In this document: piece by piece, positions 31,638 through 40,656 of the stretch
Layout of the letters: each line of letters opens with the position of its first letter
How positions within the stretch are numbered: position 1 is the first letter of the stretch
Assembly: GCA_902805655.1 (NCBI GenBank)
Contig: CADCTF010000001.1
Span: 42,953 to 106,952, forward strand
Reading direction: 5' to 3'
Origin: an uncultured Acidimicrobiales bacterium
GTDB lineage: Bacteria; Actinomycetota; Acidimicrobiia; Acidimicrobiales; CADCTF01
DNA: 64,000 nucleotides
The notes under the pieces: model-generated
Databases searched by the model: none
What the model saw: the letters and a program-made list of their open reading frames with translations, nothing else
Told to the model about the DNA's origin: nothing
Position numbers and translations under genes: made by a program

Positions 31638-33119
31638 TCAGTCGGCAGGCAGGTCGGCGAGGGGGATGGCCAGGCGAGCCACCGTGCCCCGCTCCGGCCC
31701 GCTCTCCATGGCGATGGAGCCGCCCATCTGGCTCTCGACCAACCGGCGGACGATCTGCAACCCCAGGCTGTCGGACTCCTCGACCGTGAAGCCGTCGGGC
31801 AGCCCGCGGCCGTTGTCGTGCACCTCGATGCGGAGCTCGTCGGACCCGCCGAAGATCTTGATGTCGATGCGCCCGCCGATCTGGGGCTCGCCGTCGTCGG
31901 TGACGAAGGCGTGCTCGACCGCGTTCTGCACGATCTCCTGGAGGATGATCGCCAACGGCGTCGCCACCTCGGCCGGCAGCTCGCCGGCGTCGCCCTCGAC
32001 GTAGAACTCGACTGCCTGCTCGATGGAGAACGCGGAGTCGGCCGCCACCCGCACCAGATCGTCGACGATCTCGTTGAAGGGCACCTGCTCCATCGCCTCG
32101 CGGGACAAGATGTCGTGCACGCGGGCGATCGACTGCAGGCGGCGCTCGGCCTCCTCCAGCGCCGACCGAGCCTCCTTGCTGTTCAGTCGCCGGGCCTGCA
32201 GCCGCAGCAGCGACGAGATCATCTGCAGGTTGTTCTTGACCCGATGGTGGACCTCCCGGATCGTCGCGTCCTTGGAGATCAGCTGACGGGCGAGGCGGCG
32301 CAGCTGGGTGACGTCGCGCAGCAGCACGAGCGCTCCGGTGACGTTGGGACCGTCGACGAGAGGGATGCAGCGCAGCAGCATCACCACGTCCGGCCCCCGA
32401 CCCAGCTCCTCGCTCGACGGGAGCGCGGTTGCATACGCGTCGTCCACCGCCTGCTGGTGCACGCCGAGCTCGCCCAGGCGAAGGCCCACACCGTTCGAGT
32501 TGATGCCCATGAGGTGGAGGGCGCTGACCGCGTTCGGGGATGCGTATTCGATGCGCTGACCCTCGTCGAGGATGATGACGCCGTCGCCGACGCGCGGGGC
32601 CTCCTCGGCTTCACCGGCCCCCTCTCTCTCGAACGGGAACCGGCCACGCACGATCATCCGCGCGAAGCGGTCGAAGGTCTCCACGTACACCCGCTCGAGC
32701 TCGCCGGGGCGGCGACCGACGCTCGGCGCGGACTCCCGCGTCAGCACGGCGACCACCCGACCACGCCACCGCACCGGGATGCCCTGGGTGCGAGCCTGCT
32801 CCCCCCTCGCAGAGACGGCGGCCTCCCCCTCGACGATCTCTCCGAGGCGTAGGGCCTGAGCGAGCACCGGACGCCCAGCACCGGGTAGCACCCGGCCCAC
32901 CAGGTCCTCCTTGTGCAGGGTCTGGCTGGTCGTCGGGCGCACCTGGCCGAGGACGACGAAGCGGTCGTCGGGTGCACCGGCCACCGGGACGAACAGCAGG
33001 AGGTCCGCGAAGCAGAGGTCGGAGAGCATCCCCCACGCGGAGATCAGCCGTTGCAGGTGAGCCAGGGCGCTCGGATCCAGCCGGGCGTGGAGGCGGGCCA
33101 GCTCCGGCAGCAGTGCCAC
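31638..33119 (-). CDS. pdtaS: PdtaS-type sensor histidine kinase (GAF-PAS-HisKA_2/HATPase)
   Basis: C-terminal 493 aa of ORF 31638..33536, from GTG 33119. H-box IREVHHRVKNNLQMISSLLRLQ, N-box EIVQNAVEHAF, and DNGRGLP/SLGLQIV G-boxes. Confidence 0.85.
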   Translation of the reverse strand: MALLPELARLHARLDPSALAHLQRLISAWGMLSDLCFADLLLFVPVAGAPDDRFVVLGQVRPTTSQTLHKEDLVGRVLPGAGRPVLAQALRLGEIVEGEAAVSARGEQARTQGIPVRWRGRVVAVLTRESAPSVGRRPGELERVYVETFDRFARMIVRGRFPFEREGAGEAEEAPRVGDGVIILDEGQRIEYASPNAVSALHLMGINSNGVGLRLGELGVHQQAVDDAYATALPSSEELGRGPDVVMLLRCIPLVDGPNVTGALVLLRDVTQLRRLARQLISKDATIREVHHRVKNNLQMISSLLRLQARRLNSKEARSALEEAERRLQSIARVHDILSREAMEQVPFNEIVDDLVRVAADSAFSIEQAVEFYVEGDAGELPAEVATPLAIILQEIVQNAVEHAFVTDDGEPQIGGRIDIKIFGGSDELRIEVHDNGRGLPDGFTVEESDSLGLQIVRRLVESQMGGSIAMESGPERGTVARLAIPLADLPAD

Positions 33120-33994
33120 TAGAGCTCGACCGTGTGCGGCCGGCGGTCCCGGAAGGCCACCAGCGAGGTGTAGCCGGCCGCCTCCACGAGCGGGCGGAGG
33201 TCGGCCGTGCGCCACCCGACGTCCGGCAACCGGTGCGCGTCGGAGGCGGTGGTGATGGGCACCCCTCGGGCGTGGAACCGGCTCAGCAGCTCGGGAGCCG
33301 GGTAGGCCTCTCCGGCCGGCTTCCGCCAGCCGGCGGAGGACACCTCGGCCGCCATGCCGCTCGCGGCGGCGGCCTCGGCCATGCGGTCGTAGAGCTCGGC
33401 GGGAAGGGCCGGACGGTGTCCGGCGACCTTGCAGACGTCCGGATGGGCCAGCACGTCGCAGGCTCCCGACGCGGCCAGGTCCTCGATGGCTTCCGTGTAG
33501 GCCAGCCACACGGCCTCCACGCCCCGGTGGTCCCACTCGGCCATGGCCACGGACGACTCGAGCACGTCGAAGAGCCAGGCGCCGATCCAGTGCACCGATC
33601 CCAGGAGCACGTCGAAGGGGTAGCCGGACAGGAGGGCATCGACCTTGTCCATGCGGCCGTGGTAGTAGTCGACCTCCAACCCGAGCACGACCGGCAGGCC
33701 CGCCTTCTTGGCCTCCAGCACCGTCTCGACGTAGACGTCGAGGTCGGCATGGTTGTGCTGGCGCCAGTACGCCTCCGCCTGGGCCCGCAACGCCGGGTTG
33801 GGGTCGCTCTGCCAGCCGCCGGCCAGGGGCGCATCGGCCTGGACGAAGCGGAAGAGGTGCTCGGTGACGGCGATCTCGGTGATGCCCTCTTCGGCCGCCC
33901 GGGCGCAGTAGTCGGCCAGCTGCTCGAGCGTCGGCTGCCGGTCTCTTTCGCCGTGGGGCCAGAGGTGCAGGTGGTAGTCGAGCACGGCGGTCAT
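33119..33994 (-). CDS. PHP-family phosphoesterase (histidinol-phosphatase-like)
   Basis: 291 aa. DYHLHLWPHG..., EIAVTEH..., LGSVHWI..., DVLAHPD..., TASDAH metal-ligand pattern. Its stop overlaps the pdtaS GTG by 1 nt (TAGTG). Confidence 0.7.
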   Translation of the reverse strand: MTAVLDYHLHLWPHGERDRQPTLEQLADYCARAAEEGITEIAVTEHLFRFVQADAPLAGGWQSDPNPALRAQAEAYWRQHNHADLDVYVETVLEAKKAGLPVVLGLEVDYYHGRMDKVDALLSGYPFDVLLGSVHWIGAWLFDVLESSVAMAEWDHRGVEAVWLAYTEAIEDLAASGACDVLAHPDVCKVAGHRPALPAELYDRMAEAAAASGMAAEVSSAGWRKPAGEAYPAPELLSRFHARGVPITTASDAHRLPDVGWRTADLRPLVEAAGYTSLVAFRDRRPHTVEL

Positions 33995-34023
33995 GCTACG
34001 AGGCGTTGAGTCGACCCCCGACG

Positions 34024-34049
34024 CCCGCCTGGGCCCCGTCTCAGGCGGG
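34024..34049. other. stem-loop just downstream of the ArsA-like operon (possible terminator/attenuator)
   Basis: CCCGCCTG-N10-CAGGCGGG (8-bp arms), 3 nt after the stop at 34052 and before the PHP gene start at 33994. Confidence 0.3.
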
Positions 34050-34051
34050 GC

Positions 34052-35233
34052 TCAGGACCAGATGGCCTCGCCCAGCCGCAGGAGTCCGGCCAGGTCGTGG
34101 ATGTCGCTGTCGAAGTAGGGCACCGTCACGGTGACCTCAGGATCGACCGCCAGCTCGGCGCGCTGTTCGGCCTCGCGCTGGGCCATGACGTGGAACCGTT
34201 CGTAGCTCTCGGCCACCTCGGTGAGGACGCGAGCCACCTGGTCGGTGGGGCCGAGCTCGGCGGGCAGGGCCTCGGCCACGGCCTGGGGGTCTTCGCCGAG
34301 GCGCTCGGCCGTGCTGCGAGCGGCATCGTCGAGGAAGACCGGCGGCAGCACCTTGTTGAGGATGAGCCCGCCGAGGTGGAAGCTCCGCTCCCCCAGCGCG
34401 CCGATGAAGTACTGCGCCTCGTGGGCGGGCGCGGACTCGAGCGTGGTGACGACGAGGAAGGTCGTTCGTTGGTCGAGGAGGAGGCGCTCGACGGCGTCGG
34501 CCCGCTCGACGAAGCCGTCGTACATGGTCTGGAAGAGGATGAAGAACTCGGCGATGTCCTCGAGCAGCTGCGAACCGAGGATGCGATCGGCCACCTGGTA
34601 GAAGGGCCGGGTGGCGAGGTTCATGAAGCGGGACCGCGCCGGAGCGGTGATCATCCGCAGGAACCGGCTCGAGAAGAACTCCGCCATCCGCTGAGGGGCC
34701 TCGAGGAAGTCGATCGCGTTGCGCGTGGGCGGCGTGTCGACCACCACCAGGTCGTAGTTGCCCTCGGTGTGGATCTCGTAGAGCCGCTCCATGGCGATGT
34801 AGTCGTGGCTCTGCACGAAGCGCCCGGAGATGTTCTGGTAGAGCGGGTTCTCGAGGATGCGACGGGCGGTGGCCTCGTCGGGTGCGTGGCGACGGACGAG
34901 GTTGTCCCACGACTGCTTGGTGTCGAGCATGGCCGCCCAGAGCTCGCCCTTCGGCGACACGCCCGCCGCTTCGAACGTCGCCCGTGGCACCTGCTTCTCC
35001 ACGTTGCCGAAGCCCTCGAGGCCGAGCGCGCTGGCCAGGCGACGAGCCGGGTCCACCGTGAGCACCAGCACCTTGCCACCCTGCCGGCTGGCCACCATGG
35101 CGGCGGCGGCGGCGGCAGTGGTGGTCTTTCCCACCCCGCCCGACCCGCAGAAGATGGCGATCTCCTTGGACGCCAACAGCTGCTCGATCGAGTGGTTCGG
35201 TCCGCTCGGCCGCCCCTTGCCCGTACGGGCCAT
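34052..35233 (-). CDS. ArsA/Get3-family ATPase (subunit 2 of a pair)
   Basis: 393 aa. Deviant Walker A FCGSGGVGKTTTAAA and TVDPARRLA. Its ATG overlaps the upstream paralog's stop by 1 nt. Confidence 0.85.
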   Translation of the reverse strand: MARTGKGRPSGPNHSIEQLLASKEIAIFCGSGGVGKTTTAAAAAAMVASRQGGKVLVLTVDPARRLASALGLEGFGNVEKQVPRATFEAAGVSPKGELWAAMLDTKQSWDNLVRRHAPDEATARRILENPLYQNISGRFVQSHDYIAMERLYEIHTEGNYDLVVVDTPPTRNAIDFLEAPQRMAEFFSSRFLRMITAPARSRFMNLATRPFYQVADRILGSQLLEDIAEFFILFQTMYDGFVERADAVERLLLDQRTTFLVVTTLESAPAHEAQYFIGALGERSFHLGGLILNKVLPPVFLDDAARSTAERLGEDPQAVAEALPAELGPTDQVARVLTEVAESYERFHVMAQREAEQRAELAVDPEVTVTVPYFDSDIHDLAGLLRLGEAIWS

Positions 35234-36189
35234 CAGTACCCGAGCTCCGCGCCGAGCGCCTCGGCCACCAGCCGGGTCGACCGCAGGCCGTGGGAGCGGG
35301 CGAACAGCTCGGGCACGTAGAGCAGCGGGACGTCGGCGTCCATCGCGGTGCGGAGGTGCTCGAGGTGCTCGGCCCGGGTGCGACGCAGGGTGACGGCCAG
35401 CCGGGCCGCCTCGAGCACGGCCCCGGCCGCGCCGCCCAGCGCGCCCTCCAGCGCCTTGCGGTGGTCCGCGTCGGAGAGGCGCTCGAACACGGCCTCCTCG
35501 CCCCGCCCGAACAGCTCGGGGAGCACCCGGTTCACCACGACCGCGGCCAGGTCGACGCTTGTCTCGGTGCGCACCCGCGCGCTGAGATCGATCGTCTCGC
35601 TGACCGGCATCTCCTCGGGAGTGGAGACGATCACCAGCCCGGTGCGGTCGGCGTCGGAGAGGATGTCGATCATCCAGCTGGTCTGGGACCGGATGAGGCC
35701 CACGCTGACCAGCTCCTTGATCGCCTGAGGCGCATCCAGCTGGGCGATCACGTGACCGCTGGCGGCCGCATCGACGATCACCAGGTCGTAGTTGCGCTGG
35801 AGGGTCTCCCAGAGGAACTTGCCGGTGATCAGCACCTCTTTGACGCCGGGCGCAGCCGTGGCCACGAACTCGAAGATGCGCGAGAGCGGGCCGATCTTGG
35901 CCATCAGCGGCAGCTTCAGCTGAAGGGTGAGGTACTCCTTCAGCGACTCCTCGGTGTCCATGGACATGGCGAAGAGGTTGGGTTGCACCTGGCGCGGCTT
36001 GAAGGTGGTCGGCTCGACCGAGAAGAAGTCGGCCAGGTTGCCCTTGGCGTCGACCTCTCCAACCAGCGTCCGCTTGCCCTGCTGTGCGGCGAGCAGCGCG
36101 AGGGACGCAGCGACGGTGGTCTTGCCGACGCCGCCCTTTCCGGTGACGAAGAGCAGCTCCCGCTCGAGCAGGTCGCGGGAGGCGGCCAC
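35233..36189 (-). CDS. ArsA/Get3-family ATPase (subunit 1 of a pair)
   Basis: From GTG 36189 in ORF 35233..36273. VTGKGGVGKTTVAASLA P-loop. 318 aa. Confidence 0.8.
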   Translation of the reverse strand: MAASRDLLERELLFVTGKGGVGKTTVAASLALLAAQQGKRTLVGEVDAKGNLADFFSVEPTTFKPRQVQPNLFAMSMDTEESLKEYLTLQLKLPLMAKIGPLSRIFEFVATAAPGVKEVLITGKFLWETLQRNYDLVIVDAAASGHVIAQLDAPQAIKELVSVGLIRSQTSWMIDILSDADRTGLVIVSTPEEMPVSETIDLSARVRTETSVDLAAVVVNRVLPELFGRGEEAVFERLSDADHRKALEGALGGAAGAVLEAARLAVTLRRTRAEHLEHLRTAMDADVPLLYVPELFARSHGLRSTRLVAEALGAELGY

Positions 36190-36193
36190 TCGC

Positions 36194-36430
36194 TCAGCCG
36201 ACTCCGAAGCCCACCCGGCGCTCGTCGTTCGAGGAGCCGATCTCCACGTAGGCGACCTTGGCGCTCGGCACACCGACGGTGCGGCCGCGCCGGTCGGTCA
36301 GCCACAGCACGCCCTCACCGTTGGCCAGTGAGGCCTCGATGTCCTTCACCACCTGGGCGCGGTCAGCGCTGCTGGGCAGCTCGACCTCGATCTCCTTCGG
36401 CGTCTGGGTGACACCGATGCGGACGTCCAC
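36194..36430 (-). CDS. DUF3107-type small protein
   Basis: From GTG 36430 (AGGAG 6 nt upstream): (M)DVRIGVTQTPKEIEVELPSS...VAYVEIGSSNDERRVGFGV. 78 aa. Pattern as I recall for DUF3107. Confidence 0.68.
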   Translation of the reverse strand: MDVRIGVTQTPKEIEVELPSSADRAQVVKDIEASLANGEGVLWLTDRRGRTVGVPSAKVAYVEIGSSNDERRVGFGVG

Positions 36431-36432
36431 GT

Positions 36433-37329
36433 CTACTCCTCTCGAAGGGGCTCGGCCATCGTAGGCCCAGCCCCTGCGGTGTCCTCCATCGCCGGTTCTC
36501 CCCAGTGCCCCCATCGTGGCTTGCGACGGACGAACGCCAACCAGGTGAAGCACACCGCCATGGTGATCAGTGCGGTGATCTGGCTGCCGGTGAGGCCGAA
36601 GCGCCGCAGGTCCTCCCGCAGGAAGTCCTCGATCAACCGACCGGTGCCGTACCAGGCCCCGAAGACGATGATCAGGAAGCCGTCGTAGCGGTGCGGACGG
36701 CGCCTCAGCCACAGGAGCAGCGCCAGCAGGCCGCAGGTGAGCAGCATGTCGTAGAGGGCCGTCTGGTGGACGACCACGCCGGCGGCGGCGTTCGGGAAGG
36801 TGTCGGAGCCACATGGTGATGCCGTCGCCACGTCGAGGGGCGGGCACCGGTATCCGAGGAAGAACGACGTGGCCGTGCCGAGGTGGTCACCGACGACGAG
36901 GTCGCCGATGCGGCCGATGATGATGCCGAGCGCGAGGCCCGGTGCGGCCGCATCGAGACCCTTCCAGGCGTCGACCTTCAGCCGCCGCGCCACCGGCAGC
37001 GCCAGGAGGATGGCACCGAAGATCCCGCCGAGGAGCGAGATGCCGCCCTCCCACACCCGGAAGATGCTGAGCGGGTCGTCGAGGTAGTCACCGGCGTGGT
37101 TCACCACGTAGGCGACCCGTGCGCCGATGAGCGATCCGATCGCGGCCCGGATGAGGATGGTGTAGACGGCGTCCTCGCCGATCCCCTTCTCCTTGGCTGC
37201 GGGAAGCATCAGCCGGGCGCCGGCGAGGAAGCCGAGGGCGATGCCCATGCCGTGCGGCGAGATCTTGAGAGGCCCGATCGGGACGTGGACGATCGGGTCG
37301 TAGGAGATGGCGGCGAGGAACCCGATCAC
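36433..37329 (-). CDS. lgt: prolipoprotein diacylglyceryl transferase
   Basis: 298 aa. HGMGIALGFL, VWEGGISLLGGIFG and GRIGDLVVGDHLG motifs. GTG start at 37329. Confidence 0.92.
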   Translation of the reverse strand: MIGFLAAISYDPIVHVPIGPLKISPHGMGIALGFLAGARLMLPAAKEKGIGEDAVYTILIRAAIGSLIGARVAYVVNHAGDYLDDPLSIFRVWEGGISLLGGIFGAILLALPVARRLKVDAWKGLDAAAPGLALGIIIGRIGDLVVGDHLGTATSFFLGYRCPPLDVATASPCGSDTFPNAAAGVVVHQTALYDMLLTCGLLALLLWLRRRPHRYDGFLIIVFGAWYGTGRLIEDFLREDLRRFGLTGSQITALITMAVCFTWLAFVRRKPRWGHWGEPAMEDTAGAGPTMAEPLREE

Positions 37330-37415
37330 GACTGCTGTTCTAGTGGCAACCCGGTGCGGCCACCGAGCAGCACAGCCCCGCCGCGCTCGGCGGCTGGGTT
37401 GTCGGACCTCGGCGG

Positions 37416-37421
37416 TACCTT
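37416..37421 (+). promoter_or_regulatory. putative -10 hexamer TACCTT, 6 nt before ATG 37428
   Basis: TANNNT at leaderless spacing in the lgt/dgt divergent region. Confidence 0.4.
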
Positions 37422-37427
37422 GGCCTC

Positions 37428-38573
37428 ATGTCCGACCGGGCCCGAACGTGGGCGTCGACCATGGCCGGCCACGAGTGGCCGAGCGAGCACGGCCCGATCC
37501 GGGTGCCGCACGCCGACGCGCCGCCGCCCATCGGCGCCTTCCCGCCACTCTTCCGTGACGAGCGGGAGGGCGTGGAGGACGTGCTGCTCGTGCCCGGCGC
37601 CACGCGGGCCCAGGGTGCCGGCAACCGCGCCCGGCCGGAGGAGGCGGACGACTTCCGCACGTGCTTCGAGCGCGATCGCGACCGCATCCTGCACTCCCCC
37701 GCCTTCCGCCGGCTGGCGGGCAAGACGCAGGTGTTCATCTTCCCCGACGACCATCAGCGGACGCGCCTCACGCACGCCCTGGAGGTCGCCCAGGTGGCCA
37801 CCGCCATCGCCCGGGCCTGCCGGCTCAACGTGCCGCTGACCGAGGCCATCGCCCTGGGCCACGACTGCGGGCACGGGCCCGGCGGGCACTCGAGCGAGGA
37901 TGCCCTGGCGCCGTTCCTCGACGGCGGCTACGACCATGCCGCCTGGGGGGCCGACGTGGTGCTGGCGCCCCTCAACCTCTGCGCCGAGACGCTCGACGGC
38001 ATCCGCAACCACAGCTGGTCGCGGCCGGCACCCCAGACCCCTGAGGGAGAGGTGGTCTCCTTCGCCGACCGCATCGCCTACAGCGCCCACGACCTGGAGG
38101 ACGCGACCAAGGCCGGCGTGGTCGACCTCGCCGACCTCCCGGCCGACGTCGTGGACGGCTGCGGGCGGCACCGCAGTGGGCAGCTGCGGACCTTCATCAC
38201 CGACATCGTCCGCACCACCTCGGCCACCGGGCAGGTGGCCATGAGCCCTCCCCGGGCGGATGCGCTCGCGGCCCTCCGGGACTTCAACTACAACCGCATC
38301 TACCTGCGGCCGGCTTCGATCGACCAGGGCGAGGCCGTCGTGCGGGTGCTCCAGGCCCTCGTCGAGCACTACGTCGACCGGCCCGATCGGGTCGTCGACG
38401 AGCAGGACCAGGAGGGTCTGGACGCCGATCCGGTGCGGCGGGCCGTCACCTACGTGGCCGGCATGACCGACCGCTTCGCCTGCACGCAGGCCCTCCACCT
38501 GCTGGACTGGCCGCGGGACGAGCTACCGCGAGGGTTCGACGTCGGAGTCGTCACCGCGGGCGGGGCCAGGTGA
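37428..38573 (+). CDS. dgt: dGTPase-like HD-domain triphosphohydrolase
   Basis: 381 aa. FERDRDRILHSPAFRRLAGKTQVF, RLTHALEVAQV, LGHDCGHGPGGH and FADRIAYSAHDLEDA. Confidence 0.88.
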   Translation: MSDRARTWASTMAGHEWPSEHGPIRVPHADAPPPIGAFPPLFRDEREGVEDVLLVPGATRAQGAGNRARPEEADDFRTCFERDRDRILHSPAFRRLAGKTQVFIFPDDHQRTRLTHALEVAQVATAIARACRLNVPLTEAIALGHDCGHGPGGHSSEDALAPFLDGGYDHAAWGADVVLAPLNLCAETLDGIRNHSWSRPAPQTPEGEVVSFADRIAYSAHDLEDATKAGVVDLADLPADVVDGCGRHRSGQLRTFITDIVRTTSATGQVAMSPPRADALAALRDFNYNRIYLRPASIDQGEAVVRVLQALVEHYVDRPDRVVDEQDQEGLDADPVRRAVTYVAGMTDRFACTQALHLLDWPRDELPRGFDVGVVTAGGAR

Positions 38574-39239
38574 CGGGTGTCCGTGCGTCCCTCGATGCTC
38601 CAGCGGAGGCAGGTGCCAGAGCGCGGCGTGTCGCGCCGCCCACTCGCGGCTGATGGTGCCGCGCACCATCGATCGCAAGGCGTCGGGATCGCGGAACGCG
38701 TACCGCATGTGGCCGGCGATGGTGAACAGCAGGGCGAAGGCCGTCCAGTCGTGGACGAAGGTCGAGCCCGTGCGCATCCAGAGCGGGAACGGGTCGAACC
38801 AGCGCATCACCACCCCGGTGGCCACGAGCAGCACGATCGCCCCGGCGGTGAACGCGGCATTCAGCTTCTGACCGGCGTTGAACTTGCCCTGGGGCACGAA
38901 CGAGTCGCGTCCCAGGCGGCGCAGCCAGCGGCGGTCGTGGTGGGTCCACCGGTTCAGCCGGGCGGCGTCGTCCCGGAACGGCCGGCCCCAGCGGCCGGCG
39001 GACATCGCCACCAGCACAGCGGGAATGGCCAGGCCGGCGTAGACGTGGAGCGCCTTCACGGTCTCGCGGCGGCCGACCAGGGCGGCGAAGGGGTCGAAGT
39101 ACAGCGCCGCCGCCGTGACCATGCAGATGCCGAACAGCAGGGCGATGACCCAGTGGAGCAGCCGTTCGGAGAGGTGGAAGCGGGAGACGAGATCGCCCCG
39201 GGGCGTCGAAGCGTGCGCTCCCTCAGGCGATCGGAGCAT
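38523..39239 (-). CDS. membrane b-type cytochrome (FdnI / Ni-Fe hydrogenase cytochrome b-like)
   Basis: From ATG 39239 in ORF 38523..39377, overlapping the upstream Moco gene by 17 nt. SERLLHWVIAL...HVYAGLAI...FNAGQKLNA...FVHDW...AGHMRYAF His/TM pattern, 4 TM. Confidence 0.72.
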   Translation of the reverse strand: MLRSPEGAHASTPRGDLVSRFHLSERLLHWVIALLFGICMVTAAALYFDPFAALVGRRETVKALHVYAGLAIPAVLVAMSAGRWGRPFRDDAARLNRWTHHDRRWLRRLGRDSFVPQGKFNAGQKLNAAFTAGAIVLLVATGVVMRWFDPFPLWMRTGSTFVHDWTAFALLFTIAGHMRYAFRDPDALRSMVRGTISREWAARHAALWHLPPLEHRGTHGHPSPGPARGDDSDVEPSR

Positions 39240-39951
39240 CGCTCCGGCGGTTGGAGGCCCCGACCCAGGCATCCACGTCGTATCCCCGCACTTCCCAGTA
39301 GCCCGGCTGGACGGCGTCGGTGACCTCGATGCCATCGAGCCACTTGATCGACTTGTAGCCATACATGGGCGCCACATAGAGGCGCACCGGGCCTCCGTGG
39401 GGGCTGGAGATGTCGCCGCCCTCCATGGAGTAGGCGACGATCACGTCGTTCCGGCGGGCCTGGTCGAGCGTGAGGCTCTCTGTGTAGACGCCGTCGAAGG
39501 AGGTGAACCGCAACGCCTTGGCACCCTGCTTCACACCGGCGGCGTCGAGGATGTCGGCGAGACGCACGCCCACCCACGGCACATCGGGCACCCGCCAGCC
39601 GGTGACGCACTGGAAGTCGGCCGTGATCGACGTCGGCGTCATCTCGGTGAGCGCGGCGTAGGTGAGCTCGAGGGGACGGTCGACCATTCCGGTCACCGTG
39701 AGGCGGTAGGCGTCCTTCGACCGCTCCGGCAGGAAGCCGACGACGGTGTAGATCCGGAAGCGGCCACCCGAGGGCAGCAACGACGCCAGGTCGGAGGAGA
39801 CGCTGCTGGCGAACGCATCCTGCAGGCGGGGCCCGGCCACCAGCCCCAGGGCACCGAGCCCGAGCATCGACAGGATCACGCGACGGCCCACCGGCGTACC
39901 GGCCGGCTGCTCTTCGGCGGGGGTTGCGCGCTCGTCGGGAACCGTCTGCAT
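39223..39951 (-). CDS. Tat-exported molybdopterin-dependent oxidoreductase (sulfite-oxidase/MsrP fold)
   Basis: Twin-arginine signal GRRVILSMLGLGALGLVAG. Mo-ligand Cys context ADFQCVTGW. I chose ATG 39951 (TACGCT 8 nt upstream); GTG 39957 is also possible. Confidence 0.83.
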   Translation of the reverse strand: MQTVPDERATPAEEQPAGTPVGRRVILSMLGLGALGLVAGPRLQDAFASSVSSDLASLLPSGGRFRIYTVVGFLPERSKDAYRLTVTGMVDRPLELTYAALTEMTPTSITADFQCVTGWRVPDVPWVGVRLADILDAAGVKQGAKALRFTSFDGVYTESLTLDQARRNDVIVAYSMEGGDISSPHGGPVRLYVAPMYGYKSIKWLDGIEVTDAVQPGYWEVRGYDVDAWVGASNRRSDAPIA

Positions 39952-39959
39952 CCTCACCC

Positions 39960-39965
39960 AGCGTA
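39960..39965 (-). promoter_or_regulatory. putative -10 hexamer TACGCT (minus strand), 8 nt before ATG 39951
   Basis: TANNNT at leaderless spacing. Confidence 0.38.
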
Positions 39966-40064
39966 CGGAGCACGGGGCCGTGACGGATGGCGCCGAGCCG
40001 GGACCGTCCCTCGCGGCCTCAGCCGCGACAGCCCGCTCCGCCAGGTGAACCTTGATCAGGCACC

Positions 40065-40604
40065 ATGGTCGCCATGGCCGGCTCTCCCGCAGTGCCCTCC
40101 GCCTTCACCCGGAGCTTCCGGGCGATCGGGCTTGCGGTCGGGGCGGCCTTGGTCTTCACCTTCTACCTGGCCGTCGATCTGGGCGGGACGGTCAGGGGCG
40201 TGCCGCGCATCGAGTCGGCGATCGTCGCCGCCGTCTGGGTGGGACCGTTCCTCATCTACGCCGCCGCCGTGCGTACGGCATGGATGGCGGTGCTGGGCGG
40301 CGTCGCGCTGCTCGCGCCGACCGCCGGCTTCCTCGTCGCGATGTTCGCCAGCACCTCGTCCACCTCGGCCATCGGGATGATCACCGTGCCGATGCTGACG
40401 TACCCGCTCGCCGTGATCGTGTGGGGCCTCGACCGCGTCCTCCTGGCATGGACGTCGGGAGATCGGAGCCGGGTCAGTGCGCAGCTGGCGGTGTGCTCCG
40501 TGCTGGTCGGCGCAGTCGCGGCGCTCTTCGGGCGACGGCGGTTGCGAAGCTCACCAACACGACGACAGGCGACCACCCGCTTCCCCTCGCTGCGACGGTC
40601 GTGA
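40065..40604 (+). CDS. hypothetical integral membrane protein (about 5 TM)
   Basis: 179 aa. Third-position G/C is very high throughout, and hydrophobic spans run along the length. No recognisable family. Confidence 0.6.
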   Translation: MVAMAGSPAVPSAFTRSFRAIGLAVGAALVFTFYLAVDLGGTVRGVPRIESAIVAAVWVGPFLIYAAAVRTAWMAVLGGVALLAPTAGFLVAMFASTSSTSAIGMITVPMLTYPLAVIVWGLDRVLLAWTSGDRSRVSAQLAVCSVLVGAVAALFGRRRLRSSPTRRQATTRFPSLRRS

Positions 40605-40656
40605 CTGCGACCACCGCCGTGGCCCTGATGGTCGCCAGCACGCGCCTGGCGAGGTC

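Noticed and set aside
37428-38573. dGTPase-like gene as an anti-phage nucleotide-depletion defence
   Set aside because: It is a single housekeeping-type dgt homolog in a conserved core neighbourhood (lgt divergent), with no associated defence genes.
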